Source: an uncultured Eubacteriales bacterium
GTDB taxonomy: Bacteria; Bacillota; Clostridia; Christensenellales; CAG-138
Assembly: GCA_902801845.1 (NCBI GenBank)
Contig: CADCJW010000010.1
Location: 19-64,018 of the forward strand
Length of the DNA: 64,000 nucleotides
Direction: 5' to 3'
The notes beneath the pieces were generated by a model. That model saw nothing but the letters and a program-made list of their open reading frames with translations. It did no database searches and was not told where the DNA came from. Shown piece after piece: positions 8,362 through 17,759 of this stretch. A program made the translations under genes and the position numbers. The first letter of the stretch is position 1; the number at the start of each line of letters is the position of its first letter.

Positions 8362-9108
8362 TCAACCCAGGATAGTGGTGATGGACTTGGCGTCCTTGAC
8401 CTTGATCAGCGGGATGTTGTGCTCAGTGCAATAGTTGGTGAACAGCCCGTCGTTGTCGCTCTCCTCGATGACCAGGACCACGTCGGCTACAGCCAGCATG
8501 GCGTCGATGGACGCCTGGTCAGCATAATCGGTGCGGCGGGCGGAGCCCTCAATATGGGCGCAGACAACGGTCATCCCGGCATCCTTGGCAGCCTGGGCCA
8601 GCTTGGTGCAGCGGGCGATCTCATCGTCCACGTCGGTGCCGGCGGCACCCATGCCCTTGCCGGAAGTGCCGGTGGTGATGACCAGGGTCTTGGCGTTGGG
8701 CGCCACCTCAAGGAGCTGCTCCGCGGTGAGCGCGTTCTCGTTCACCGCCTCGAGACCCACCGTGCCGGCCAGGGATTTGAACATGACGGCGCCGGGGCTT
8801 TGACCGCAGGTGGTGGAGACGAAGGGCCCATAGAGCTTGCCCTCCTCCTGTTCGGCAGGCGCAGCTTCCTCGGCTGCGGCGGGTGCTTCGGCGGCGGGGG
8901 CTTCCGCGGCAGGCGCTTCCGCAGCGGGGGCCTCGGCTGCGGGGGCTTCCGCGGCGGGCTCTTCGGTAGCGGGGGCGGGAGCTTCCGTGGCGACGGGCGC
9001 CGGTTCCGCAGGCTTCTCCGCGGCGGGGGCCGCTGCTTCCTTGCTGCCGCAGGCGGCCATGGACAGCACCATCGCCAGCGTCAAAAGAATAACGATGAAT
9101 TTCTTCAT
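8362..9108 (-). CDS. Lipoprotein with a (PAAEA)5 linker and a ~150-aa C-terminal alpha/beta domain of unknown function
   Basis: The lipobox is LSMAACG. I prefer the ATG at 9108 because of its spacing from the AGGAG SD. The C-terminal domain reads 'TTCGQSPGAVMFKS...VITTGTSGKGMGAAGTDVDDE'. Confidence 0.65.
   Translation of the reverse strand: MKKFIVILLTLAMVLSMAACGSKEAAAPAAEKPAEPAPVATEAPAPATEEPAAEAPAAEAPAAEAPAAEAPAAEAPAAAEEAAPAEQEEGKLYGPFVSTTCGQSPGAVMFKSLAGTVGLEAVNENALTAEQLLEVAPNAKTLVITTGTSGKGMGAAGTDVDDEIARCTKLAQAAKDAGMTVVCAHIEGSARRTDYADQASIDAMLAVADVVLVIEESDNDGLFTNYCTEHNIPLIKVKDAKSITTILG
8881..8958. repeat. 15-bp tandem coding repeat (x5) encoding PAAEA
   Basis: Five near-identical GCTTC(C/G)GC(G/A)GC(G/A)GG(G/C)G-type units lie within the lipoprotein linker. 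Confidence 0.8.
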
Positions 9109-9238
9109 TTTCATTTACTCCTGTTTCATTCTTGGGAAAAACGGCACCCGGTCATACAGCCCCACCCGGAGAGGAAGGGAGTATGCGCACCGGGTGCCGC
9201 GCTCAGTCAATTATTGCCGATCCGGTCCGCAGGCCCGA

Positions 9239-10894
9239 TCAGTTGATACCCAGGGCAGCCTTGTCCTCGAGGCTGGTGGCGCCGAAGTTGACGGCCTCCA
9301 GATACTCGTGGTCATAGCCGCGGTTGGTGGAGGAGCCATCCTCGTTGATGTGCATGCCGTCGTAGTTGGTGCCGACGAGCTTCCAGGCAAAGGCCCACCA
9401 GCCCTCGTACACTTCGTCCATGCACTTGCAGGTGTACTCGGTCAGATACGCACGGGCACCTTCGAGATCACCGGCATTGTAGAGCTCCATGGCCTTTGCA
9501 TCGACTTCAGCCTGCTCCGCGAAGAACTTGTCCTCAAAGGCAGCCTTGGCTTCCAGGATCTGGGGATACATGTTGTCCCACTGGAGCTGGGCGTAGTTGT
9601 TCACGAAGTTGAACGCCCACCAGGCACAGGTGGTATCGAAGGCCTTGCGGTTGCCGATGGCCCAGGGCTCGGGCACCTTGGTCACGCCGGCATAGATGGG
9701 CACGTACACGGTGGTGTCGGGGCAGTCAGCGCCGTACCAAAGGACGGAACCGATCTCGCCGGGCATATCGGGCCGAAGCTCTGCCACGAAGGCGTAGCTG
9801 CAGCGATACTGGGCGATCTCGCGCTCCCAATCTTCGGAAGCGGCGGATTCGGGCTTATCCTTGCCGACGGCATAGCGATGGGGGTTGTGGAACGCGCCGG
9901 CAGCGGCATCGGCGGTCAGATCATACTTGGTGCCTTCCAGATGGTCGGCGTAGATGCTCATGATCTTCTGCACGGTGACGGGCTCGTCGGGCTTGATGGC
10001 GAAATCATAATGATCCTGACGGCTCACCACGGGGAACTCCTGGGAGGGAGCCAGCAGGGAGAACGCACGCCACTCACGGCGGGAGGCATAGAACTCATAC
10101 CCGTAGGGGGAGGGGTTGAAGATCTTGGTGTAGTTGAAGGGTTCACCCTCGGTGTACTTGCCGATGGAGGCAGGATACTTGGTGATATCGGTGGACCACA
10201 TGAAGTTGTCGGGATCGTTGAAGTCGATCACGCCCAGACGGGAGCGGTTGGCGCCCACGAAGGTGGCGTCATCGGGCACACGACGGGCAGCCCAGTGGGC
10301 ACCGGGCGTGCCGGAATCCTTCTCCCAGAGGGGACCGGCGCCGCAGACGTCGAAGATCCAGATCTCGTCCTTGTCGGCAACCAGCAAGCACTCGCCGCCA
10401 TCGCAATAGCCGTATTCCTCGGCCAGAGCGCCCATGACCTTAACGCACTCACGAGCGGTCGCCGCCCGCTGCAGACCCAGCTGCTCCAGGTTGGCGATGA
10501 CGAACAGGCCGTTGCCGGAATAATAGGAGGTGTAGTCGCCGGACCAGGTGAACTCGCTGATAACGACGCCCTTTTCATTCATGAAGGGATAGCCCACGTT
10601 GAAGTAGGTGTAGGTTTCCTCGGCCTGGGGGATCTGGCCGCTGAGCTGGGGCTCGCTCTTGGTAGCCGTGCAGGGATCGTTGTAGATGTCAACCATCTCA
10701 CCGGCCTCATGCTTGCCGCCTTCCACGATGACGATACGATGATCATACCAGCCGTCGCAGGTATGAGAAACGATGGTGGAACCGTTGGCCGTTGCATCCT
10801 TGCCGCTTGCGGTGGTCGTGCAGGCCAGAGCAGCGCTCAGGGGCACAGACAGCACAAACACGAGGGCAATGATCATACACAGTACTTTCTTCAT
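9239..10894 (-). CDS. Secreted peptidase family C69 dipeptidase
   Basis: A signal peptide is followed by 'ALACTTTASGKDATANGSTIVSHTCDGWYD'. This matches the N-terminal nucleophile Cys typical of C69 / dipeptidase A. The SD is AAGGAGAAGGA. Confidence 0.8.
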   Translation of the reverse strand: MKKVLCMIIALVFVLSVPLSAALACTTTASGKDATANGSTIVSHTCDGWYDHRIVIVEGGKHEAGEMVDIYNDPCTATKSEPQLSGQIPQAEETYTYFNVGYPFMNEKGVVISEFTWSGDYTSYYSGNGLFVIANLEQLGLQRAATARECVKVMGALAEEYGYCDGGECLLVADKDEIWIFDVCGAGPLWEKDSGTPGAHWAARRVPDDATFVGANRSRLGVIDFNDPDNFMWSTDITKYPASIGKYTEGEPFNYTKIFNPSPYGYEFYASRREWRAFSLLAPSQEFPVVSRQDHYDFAIKPDEPVTVQKIMSIYADHLEGTKYDLTADAAAGAFHNPHRYAVGKDKPESAASEDWEREIAQYRCSYAFVAELRPDMPGEIGSVLWYGADCPDTTVYVPIYAGVTKVPEPWAIGNRKAFDTTCAWWAFNFVNNYAQLQWDNMYPQILEAKAAFEDKFFAEQAEVDAKAMELYNAGDLEGARAYLTEYTCKCMDEVYEGWWAFAWKLVGTNYDGMHINEDGSSTNRGYDHEYLEAVNFGATSLEDKAALGIN

Positions 10895-10998
10895 CCTTTT
10901 CCTTCTCCTTTTAATTTTTTCTTGCGCTGCGTGAGTCGCCGGGAAACCGCCCCTTTCCCCCTTGGAACGGCGGCCGGTATATCACGCCTGCCATATCC

Positions 10999-11015
10999 GT
11001 CATATCAGATATGAC
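10999..11015. promoter_or_regulatory. Perfect 8-1-8 palindrome GTCATATC-A-GATATGAC (candidate operator)
   Basis: It lies about 5-20 nt downstream of the predicted -10 of the minus-strand dipeptidase operon promoter. Confidence 0.4.
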
Positions 11016-11027
11016 ACGCTCACCTAC

Positions 11028-11055
11028 ATTTTACCACAGGGGTCCCTGTTGTCAA
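11028..11055 (-). promoter_or_regulatory. Sigma-70-type promoter of the C69 / permease / M14 operon
   Basis: Minus strand: TTGACA (11055-11050), 16-nt spacer, TAAAAT (11033-11028). Confidence 0.55.
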
Positions 11056-11147
11056 TCCAAACCGCGAAAGAAAATATATCTTCTTTTCCCCCTTTTCCCC
11101 CAATTTTTGCGAAATCGGCGCCGCCGAAAGAAGATCGAATCAAATCA

Positions 11148-11183
11148 TTGAGTCAGGCGACGAGATATGATATACTGTATAAT
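11148..11183 (+). promoter_or_regulatory. Promoter of pssA-psd
   Basis: TTGAGT, 17-nt spacer, TATACT (11171-11176), with an overlapping TATAAT at 11178-11183. Confidence 0.55.
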
Positions 11184-11233
11184 TAAAGTCTGGCGGGGGT
11201 GAAGCTGCCCCGGCCGACCGGAGGTTTTTTCCT

Positions 11234-11860
11234 ATGCTTGGCATCTACAATTACACGGTGATCCTTACCTATTTGGGGATGCTGTCGGGCTTCGCCGGCA
11301 TCCTCTTCCTCCTCAACGGCAACGTCCGCGGGGCGTTGATCTGCCTGATGATCTCTGGCGTTTGCGACATGTTCGACGGGAAGGTAGCCTCCACCAAGAA
11401 GGACCGGACCCGCAGCGAAAAGCGGTTCGGCATCCAGATCGACTCTCTGAGCGACCTCATCTGCTTCGGGGTGCTGCCGGCCCTCATCGTCTATTCCGTG
11501 GGCCGGAGGACATGGCTCAGGGCCGCGGCCTGCGGGGCCTACGCGCTCTGCGCTCTCATCCGTCTGGCCTGGTTCAACGTGGACGAGGAGGCTCGCCAGG
11601 ACTTCGATACGGGCCGCCGGAAGGTGTATCTGGGGCTGCCCGTGACCAGCGCTGCGGCCGTCTTCCCCCTGCTGTCCCTGGTCTGCCATCTTTGCCGCTG
11701 GCCCTTCAGCGTCCTTTCCCTGTTCGTTTTGCTGCTGGTGGCGACGGCCTTTTTGACTCCCTTCTCCATACGAAAGCCCTCTCTGTCCGTGCGAAGGAAG
11801 CCCAAGCTCCGCGGGTCCCGGCGGTCGAGGCGGCGGAGGAAAAAAGATGCAAACGCATGA
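11234..11860 (+). CDS. pssA: CDP-diacylglycerol--serine O-phosphatidyltransferase
   Basis: CDP-alcohol phosphatidyltransferase motif 'DMFDGKVASTKK...FGIQIDSLSDLICFG'. The protein is polytopic and has an Arg/Lys-rich tail. Confidence 0.8.
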   Translation: MLGIYNYTVILTYLGMLSGFAGILFLLNGNVRGALICLMISGVCDMFDGKVASTKKDRTRSEKRFGIQIDSLSDLICFGVLPALIVYSVGRRTWLRAAACGAYALCALIRLAWFNVDEEARQDFDTGRRKVYLGLPVTSAAAVFPLLSLVCHLCRWPFSVLSLFVLLLVATAFLTPFSIRKPSLSVRRKPKLRGSRRSRRRRKKDANA

Positions 11861-12689
11861 GAACGACGGCTCCGTCCGCTTTTTATATGGGACCGCCCTG
11901 GGCCGCGGCCTGCTGAAGATGGTGCAGGCGCTGCACCTGGACCGGGTGGCGGTTTGGTATCTTCGTTCCGGTCTTTCCAAGCCCTATATCGTCAAGTTCG
12001 CCCGAAAGAACGGCATCCCCCTGTCGAAGGAGGTGCTGCAGCAGTTCCCCACTTACCGGGACTTTTTCCTGCGGGAGCGGACGCCGCTGCCCATGGACGC
12101 CGCCCCGGACCACCTCATCAGCCCCTGCGACGGGTATCTGAGCGTCTTCCCCGTCAGTGCCCAAAGCAGCTTCGCCCTGAAGGGCTCCCAGTACCGGCTC
12201 CAGGATCTGCTGGGGGACGTAGGGCTGGCGAAACGATATGAAGGCGGGCTCAGCCTGGTATTTCGCCTCTGCGCCTCGGACTATCATCACTATTGCTACA
12301 TCGACGACGGCATCCAGGGCCCCAACCACTTCATCGAGGGCCAGCTCCACAGCGTGCAGCCCATCGCCTGCGAGCAGTACCCCATCTTCACCCTGAACCG
12401 GCGCAGCTGGTGTTTGCTGGATACGGCCCACTTCGGCCCCGTGGTCCAAACGGAGATCGGCGCCCTGATCGTGGGCGGGATCGTCAATCTGAACACGGGC
12501 GGTCCCTTCTGCCGGGGCCAGGAGAAGGGATACTTCGATCTGGCCGGGTCCACCATCGTGCTCCTGATGGAGTCGGAGCGGGTGGCGCTGCTGCCGGAGC
12601 TTATGGCCACCCTGGGGAGCGGCCAAGAGACACGGGTCCGGCAGGGCCAGTGGATCGGCAGCCGCCAGGAAGGGAAAGCTAAGCTCTGA
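11847..12689 (+). CDS. psd: Phosphatidylserine decarboxylase proenzyme
   Basis: 'FDLAGSTIVLL' contains the G-S-T self-cleavage site. It overlaps pssA by 14 nt and has a GGAGGA SD. Confidence 0.8.
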   Translation: MQTHENDGSVRFLYGTALGRGLLKMVQALHLDRVAVWYLRSGLSKPYIVKFARKNGIPLSKEVLQQFPTYRDFFLRERTPLPMDAAPDHLISPCDGYLSVFPVSAQSSFALKGSQYRLQDLLGDVGLAKRYEGGLSLVFRLCASDYHHYCYIDDGIQGPNHFIEGQLHSVQPIACEQYPIFTLNRRSWCLLDTAHFGPVVQTEIGALIVGGIVNLNTGGPFCRGQEKGYFDLAGSTIVLLMESERVALLPELMATLGSGQETRVRQGQWIGSRQEGKAKL

Positions 12690-12729
12690 TCCTCTGCAGG
12701 AACGGGAAACCGTTCACAAAAAAGGTCTT

Positions 12730-13839
12730 ATGTGGTATGCGATCATCCTCATCGTGTTGGCCGTCACCTTGGCCGGCCTCCTATATCTTTCCTTTCGAGC
12801 GGCCCGGCTCCCCGTCGTGCGAAAGCTGACGCGGGATAGGCGGTGGCTGGCCCGGACGCTGTGTCTTTTGGGCTATGGGGCGCTGCTCGCCCTGCTGTGG
12901 CGGCTGTGGAACGGGATGAACGCCATCGTCTGCCTGCTCCACCTGGTCCTGTTCCAGGCGATAGCCGATCTCGTTGGCCTGGTCCTCTCCAAGCTGCGCC
13001 GCAGACCTCGCGTCTATGGGCTCACATGGGCGGCCCTGTTCCTGTGCGTCCTGTATCTGGGGGCGGGGTGGCATGCCGACCATGCCGTGCGTCCCACCTT
13101 CTACACCCTGGAAACGGACAAGTTCCAGGGGGATCTTCGGATCGTCCAGATCACCGACGCCCACGTGGGCACCACCTTTTCCGGCGATGGGCTGTTGAAA
13201 TACGCGGCAGAGATCAATGCGCTGTCCCCGGACATCGTGGCCGTGACGGGGGACTTTGTGGACGACGACACCTCCCGGGAGGACATGCTTTCAGCCTGCC
13301 GCGCTCTGGGCGAGCTGAAAGCCCGACACGGGGTGTTCTATGTATACGGCAACCACGACAAAGGATATTACAGCGAAGGAGACAAGGGCTGGACCGACAG
13401 GGAGTTTCGGGAAAGCCTTCTGCAGAACGGCGTCGTCATGCTGGAGGATCAGGCATATCCCATAGGCGACGATCTGTACATCGTGGGACGAAAGGACCGC
13501 TCCCAGGCCCAGCGAGGCACCGGCCGGCAGACGGCGGCGGACCTGCTTTCCGACTTGGATCGGGACCGGTATGTCCTGCTCCTCGATCATCAGCCCTACG
13601 ACTTCGACGGGGAAGCGGAGGCGGGCGCGGACCTGGTCCTGTGCGGCCACACCCACGGTGGACAGTTCATCCCCATCCGTCGAGTGGGGGTATGGATCGG
13701 GGAAAACTGCCGCACCTACGGCCACGAACGTCGGCTCCGTACGGATTTCATCGTTTCCTCCGGCATCAGCAACTGGGCGTTTCGTTTCAAGACCGGTTGC
13801 TTCTCCGAATACGTGATCGTGGATATCCATGGCAGATGA
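12730..13839 (+). CDS. Membrane-anchored metallophosphoesterase (YkuE/YaeI-like)
   Basis: Calcineurin-like motifs 'VQITDAHVG', 'GDFVDD', 'GNHD' and 'GHTHGGQ'. TM helices at the N-terminus. Confidence 0.8.
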   Translation: MWYAIILIVLAVTLAGLLYLSFRAARLPVVRKLTRDRRWLARTLCLLGYGALLALLWRLWNGMNAIVCLLHLVLFQAIADLVGLVLSKLRRRPRVYGLTWAALFLCVLYLGAGWHADHAVRPTFYTLETDKFQGDLRIVQITDAHVGTTFSGDGLLKYAAEINALSPDIVAVTGDFVDDDTSREDMLSACRALGELKARHGVFYVYGNHDKGYYSEGDKGWTDREFRESLLQNGVVMLEDQAYPIGDDLYIVGRKDRSQAQRGTGRQTAADLLSDLDRDRYVLLLDHQPYDFDGEAEAGADLVLCGHTHGGQFIPIRRVGVWIGENCRTYGHERRLRTDFIVSSGISNWAFRFKTGCFSEYVIVDIHGR

Positions 13840-13896
13840 GTGATAAAAAACAAGGACCGCTGAAAAAGCGGTCCTTTCGCTTTGTCGTGAAAATCG

Positions 13897-15081
13897 TTAC
13901 CAGCCGCCCCGTCCTCCGCGGCCGCCTTTGCCGCCTTGACCTCCGGGATCACCGCCCCAGCCGCCCATGCCGCCGCGGCCGCCCATCATCTGGTTGGGGA
14001 TGTAGTCGATCTGCTGGCCGTTGGCGATGATGGTGCCGCCGTTGTACTGGGCGGAGCCATCGTAATCGAAGGTGGAGTTGCCGGTAACGCGGATTGTGCC
14101 GCCGTTGACGACGATATCCCCGTTGGAATCCACCCCGTCCGTGTCCCCGGCAGCCATGGCTACGGTGATGTCGCCGCCGTTGATCTCCACGGTGGCCCGG
14201 TAGGCGCCGGACTTCTGGGCGGCGTTGATGCCGTCGTCCTGGGCGTCGATGGAGATGGTGCCGCCGTTAAGCTGGATATAGGTGGCCTCGATGCCCTCGG
14301 AGGCGGTGATGGTCAGGGTGCCGCCGTCGATCTGGACGGCGGAGTTGGCGTGTATCGCGTCGTCCCCGGCCCGCAACGTCAGGGTGCCGCCGCCGATGTA
14401 GATATAGCCCTTCTCATCGTCGTCGCCGTTCTCCGCATGGAGGGCGTCCATCCCGGCGGTAAGATCCAGCGTGCCGTCGGCCACCCGGATGGAATCCTTG
14501 GCCTCCAGGGCCTTGGAGGCGGCGGTGATAGAATAGGTGCCGCCAGTGACCTTGAGATCGTCCTTGCTCACGATACCGTTCTTGGCGGAGTTGATGGTGA
14601 GCTTGGCTGTCCCGTTCAGGGTGAGATCGCTCTTGGAGAAGATGACGCCGTCCGTCTTGGTGTCGCCGTCGGAAGCAAAGGCCCCCGTCACGGATACGGT
14701 GCTGTCAGCGCTGGTGGTGACAAAGACCTTGTCGGCGGACTTCACGTAGATCGCCGGGAAATCCTGATTGGTGATGGAGACCCCGTCCAGCACCAGCTGT
14801 ACCTTGTCCTCCTTCCCCGCCTCCACGTACACCGTCACGTCAGAGGCGGAACCGGAGAGCACGTAGACCCCGGCCGCGGTGATGTGAAGGTCCTGGCCGT
14901 CGGCAAGGGTATAGGCGGCGGCGCCGGTGAGATCCGCGGTCTGCTGCAGGTCCCGACTGGAGAAGAGGTCGCCGTAGCTATAGAGGACCTTGTTCGTGTC
15001 CGCCGCTGCCACCGACGTGCCGACGACGGCCAGCAGACAGAGGATCAGGGCAGCCGAGAGGAATTTATGTATCTTTTTCAT
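13897..15081 (-). CDS. Secreted beta-helix-like carbohydrate-binding domain protein (Cthe_2159-like)
   Basis: Signal peptide, then repetitive 'GGT(L/I)x(I/L)xAxDDxI(H/N)A'-type segments, then a Gly-rich tail GGRGGMGGWGG. Confidence 0.6.
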   Translation of the reverse strand: MKKIHKFLSAALILCLLAVVGTSVAAADTNKVLYSYGDLFSSRDLQQTADLTGAAAYTLADGQDLHITAAGVYVLSGSASDVTVYVEAGKEDKVQLVLDGVSITNQDFPAIYVKSADKVFVTTSADSTVSVTGAFASDGDTKTDGVIFSKSDLTLNGTAKLTINSAKNGIVSKDDLKVTGGTYSITAASKALEAKDSIRVADGTLDLTAGMDALHAENGDDDEKGYIYIGGGTLTLRAGDDAIHANSAVQIDGGTLTITASEGIEATYIQLNGGTISIDAQDDGINAAQKSGAYRATVEINGGDITVAMAAGDTDGVDSNGDIVVNGGTIRVTGNSTFDYDGSAQYNGGTIIANGQQIDYIPNQMMGGRGGMGGWGGDPGGQGGKGGRGGRGGW

Positions 15082-15167
15082 AGGGTAACACCGTCCTTTC
15101 TGTTCGATGGCCCTATCCTACCCGGTCAACCTTAAATCAATTATAAAAAGAAAAACTTTTTTTCCGA

Positions 15168-15971
15168 CTACTCCGCGTACCCCGCAAGGCCCCGGACGGA
15201 GGCCTCTCCGGAGCGGATCAGCGCCTCTTCGCCGTCCGGATAGCGCACGAAAAGGCCCAGCGCCTCGTCCACGTCCAGGGCGTGGGCGGGGGTGGAAAGC
15301 CCGTTCTTCACCAGCAGCACGTCCCGGCCCAGGGTGAGGCAATGCTGACGATACCCCGACAGATACGCCCCCGCATCCCCGGCCAGCAGGGCTTCGTACA
15401 GGGCGTCCAGCTCCTCCACCATGGCGGCGGCGATGGGCGCCAGGGGGAAGGTCTGCCCCAGCTCCGTGCGCAAGGACCCGGCCATGTCCCGCAGCTCCTC
15501 GGGGAAGTCCCCCCGATCATAGTTCACGTTTACACCGATGCCCACCACCACGTAGCTGAGCCGTCCCTCCGCCGAAAAGGCGCTTTCCGTCAGGATGCCG
15601 CAAAGCTTTTTGCCGTTCAGCAGCAGGTCGTTGACCCACTTGATTTGGGTCTTGGCGCCCACGGCTCGCTTCAGGGCACGGCCCATGGCCTCCGCCGTGA
15701 AGCCCATCAAAGGCAGCAGCGCTTCCGGGGGCAGCGACGGCCTGAGCAGGGCGGATAGATAGATCCCCTTCCCCGCCGCGGAGGTGAAGCTCCGGCCCAG
15801 GCGGCCCTTGCCTCGGGTCTGCTCCCCTGCTACCAGCACGGTCCCCTCGGCGGCCCCCGCCTCCGCCATGACCTTCAACAAGTCGTTGGTGGAGGTAACG
15901 GAGGGCAGATAGGCTATCTCTTTTCCCACCCGGACCACCGGTCCCAGGCAGGCCTTGATCTCGTTTTGCAT
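15168..15971 (-). CDS. birA: Biotin--[acetyl-CoA-carboxylase] ligase, group I (no N-terminal HTH)
   Basis: 'GEQTRGKGRLGRSFTSAAGKGIYLSALL' is the biotin-protein ligase signature. The protein is 267 aa with no DNA-binding domain. Confidence 0.8.
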   Translation of the reverse strand: MQNEIKACLGPVVRVGKEIAYLPSVTSTNDLLKVMAEAGAAEGTVLVAGEQTRGKGRLGRSFTSAAGKGIYLSALLRPSLPPEALLPLMGFTAEAMGRALKRAVGAKTQIKWVNDLLLNGKKLCGILTESAFSAEGRLSYVVVGIGVNVNYDRGDFPEELRDMAGSLRTELGQTFPLAPIAAAMVEELDALYEALLAGDAGAYLSGYRQHCLTLGRDVLLVKNGLSTPAHALDVDEALGLFVRYPDGEEALIRSGEASVRGLAGYAE

Positions 15972-16047
15972 GGCATTTCCTTCCTTTTGAGGTACTGTAT
16001 CAGATTCCCCCGTCCTTGTAAAGCCTTTGCCGGAGGCTCACTCCAAG

Positions 16048-16076
16048 TTGACAGACGAGGGTGAAAAGCGTATAGT
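16048..16076 (+). promoter_or_regulatory. Promoter of bioY
   Basis: TTGACA, 17-nt spacer, TATAGT. Confidence 0.6.
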
Positions 16077-16111
16077 ATTGACCAGTTTGGGGAAAGAAGG
16101 TGGTCTGATCC

Positions 16112-16636
16112 ATGAAGCTGAAAACGAAGGACTTGGCCCTCGTCGGCCTGTTCGCGGCGCTGATGGCCGTGTGCGCCTGGATCTCCATTCCCGTAGGCCC
16201 GGTGCCCGTCACGCTGCAGACCTTCGCCGTGTTCCTGGCGGCAGCCTTGCTGGGCTCCAAGCGGGGCACTCTGGCCGTGCTGGTCTATATCCTGCTGGGG
16301 GTGGTTGGCCTGCCGGTGTTCGCCCGGTTCTCCACGCTGAACCCGGTGACCTTCGGCTACGTGCTGGGCTTTTTGCCCCTAGGCATGCTGACGGCGGCTG
16401 CGGAGAAGCTCTTCCCCAAAAAGGCGTTCGCTCTGCCTTTGGGCATGGTGCTGGGCCTTTTGGTGTGCTATCTTATCGGCACGGTCTGGTTCTACTACGT
16501 GATGCACTTTCGGGGTACCGAGTACTCCATCGGAAAGATCTTGAGCGTCTGCGTCACCCCCTTTATTTTCCCCGACCTCGTGAAGCTGGGGCTGGCATGC
16601 TTCCTGTCGCAGAAACTGTCCAAAGTTGTAAAATAA
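16112..16636 (+). CDS. bioY: Biotin transporter BioY (ECF S-component)
   Basis: 'ISIPVGPVPVTLQTFAVFLAAALLGSKRGTLAVLVYILLGVVGLPVFA' is typical of BioY. Confidence 0.85.
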   Translation: MKLKTKDLALVGLFAALMAVCAWISIPVGPVPVTLQTFAVFLAAALLGSKRGTLAVLVYILLGVVGLPVFARFSTLNPVTFGYVLGFLPLGMLTAAAEKLFPKKAFALPLGMVLGLLVCYLIGTVWFYYVMHFRGTEYSIGKILSVCVTPFIFPDLVKLGLACFLSQKLSKVVK

Positions 16637-16743
16637 ACGTAATATTTTGGACCGACTGGTCAACCTTAACACTTTTGCCACCTTTAGGTCACATACGTGG
16701 TGTTTAATGATAGGAAACGAAAGCCAGAAAGGAGACCGGCCCC

Positions 16744-17733
16744 ATGAACGACCGCATCCATATCCATACCATCCTGAGCGGGCTGCTCCTGGCGGGCATC
16801 CTCCTTATGGGGTGCGCCCAGGCGAAAAAAACCGCCGCCGAGCCCAGCCGCGCCCCGGAGGCGACAGCCGCCCCTGCTGCAGAGGAGACGTATGCTCCCG
16901 TGGCCGTGGAAACCGCAGCGCCCACCGATTTGCCTGAGGAAGCGGAGGCTGCCGAGCCTCAGTGGGTGGGGACCTGTCACAGCCTGCTGGACGAACTCCC
17001 CTATGCGGTGGACCTGGATCTGGACGGCCGGATGGAGCTTATAGACCTGCGGGCCATCCCCGGACCGGACGAATACCCCCGCTGGGCCATCGTCCTGACA
17101 AAGGATGGAGAGGAGCGGCTCTTTCAGACAGAGATCCCCTACGACATGCCCCATGATCTGTGGTTGGGGGATCTAAACGAGGACGGAGCCTACGAGCTCT
17201 TCTTCCACGGGGACATGGCCTCGGACGACTATCTCATCTATGCCCTCCACCCGGATCTGACCCCCATCCCCTTCGAGCCCGACGATCGCTATGCCGCCTG
17301 GATTGAGCAGCAGGACAACACCATCTTCGGCGGGTACATCGACGGATTTGAGGACGATCACATCGTCATCGAAGGGGTGGTGGACATGCTGGGCACCCAC
17401 TTCGGCGTACGCAACTTCGCCATCGGCGACGACGGGGTCATCGGCCCTGTGAGCTCCGTGTGGGAATTCAACGAGGAGGACCGACCCCTGACGGTGGTAC
17501 GGGAACTGACCGCCTACCGGGCAGCCGTCCGCAAGGAACCCGGGGAAGCCTTCACCCTCATGCCCGGGGAAATAATCGTTCCTCTGGCCAGCGACGGCTG
17601 CGAGCGCATGTGGTTCGAGACGGCGGACGGCAAGGGCGGCGTGCTGCTGCTCACGCGGGATGAAGAGACCATGTGGCGCATCGACGGGGTGCCGGAGGCG
17701 GCGTATTTCGAGCTTTTGCCCTATGCAGGCTGA
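16744..17733 (+). CDS. Hypothetical lipoprotein with FG-GAP/VCBS-like Asp-rich loops
   Basis: Lipobox LLMGC, an Ala/Pro/Glu linker, and the loops 'DLDLDGRMELID' and 'GDLNEDGAYELFF'. Confidence 0.55.
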   Translation: MNDRIHIHTILSGLLLAGILLMGCAQAKKTAAEPSRAPEATAAPAAEETYAPVAVETAAPTDLPEEAEAAEPQWVGTCHSLLDELPYAVDLDLDGRMELIDLRAIPGPDEYPRWAIVLTKDGEERLFQTEIPYDMPHDLWLGDLNEDGAYELFFHGDMASDDYLIYALHPDLTPIPFEPDDRYAAWIEQQDNTIFGGYIDGFEDDHIVIEGVVDMLGTHFGVRNFAIGDDGVIGPVSSVWEFNEEDRPLTVVRELTAYRAAVRKEPGEAFTLMPGEIIVPLASDGCERMWFETADGKGGVLLLTRDEETMWRIDGVPEAAYFELLPYAG

Positions 17734-17759
17734 GAGAGAATACTATTGGGAGAGAGAGT

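Noticed and set aside
8837-11014. A 725-aa plus-strand ORF, plus 8245-9246 (+), spanning the lipoprotein and C69 dipeptidase genes.
   Set aside because: It is antisense to genes with clear signal peptides and family motifs. Its translation is low-complexity Gly/Ala/Val/His/Asp-rich sequence typical of shadow ORFs in high-GC DNA, and it has no SD or start context.
15124-16669. A 12-nt exact direct repeat, GGTCAACCTTAA, at 15124-15135 and 16658-16669, flanking the birA-bioY pair.
   Set aside because: Exact 12-mers are expected to recur by chance many times in 64 kb. There is no extended similarity around them and no mobility genes.
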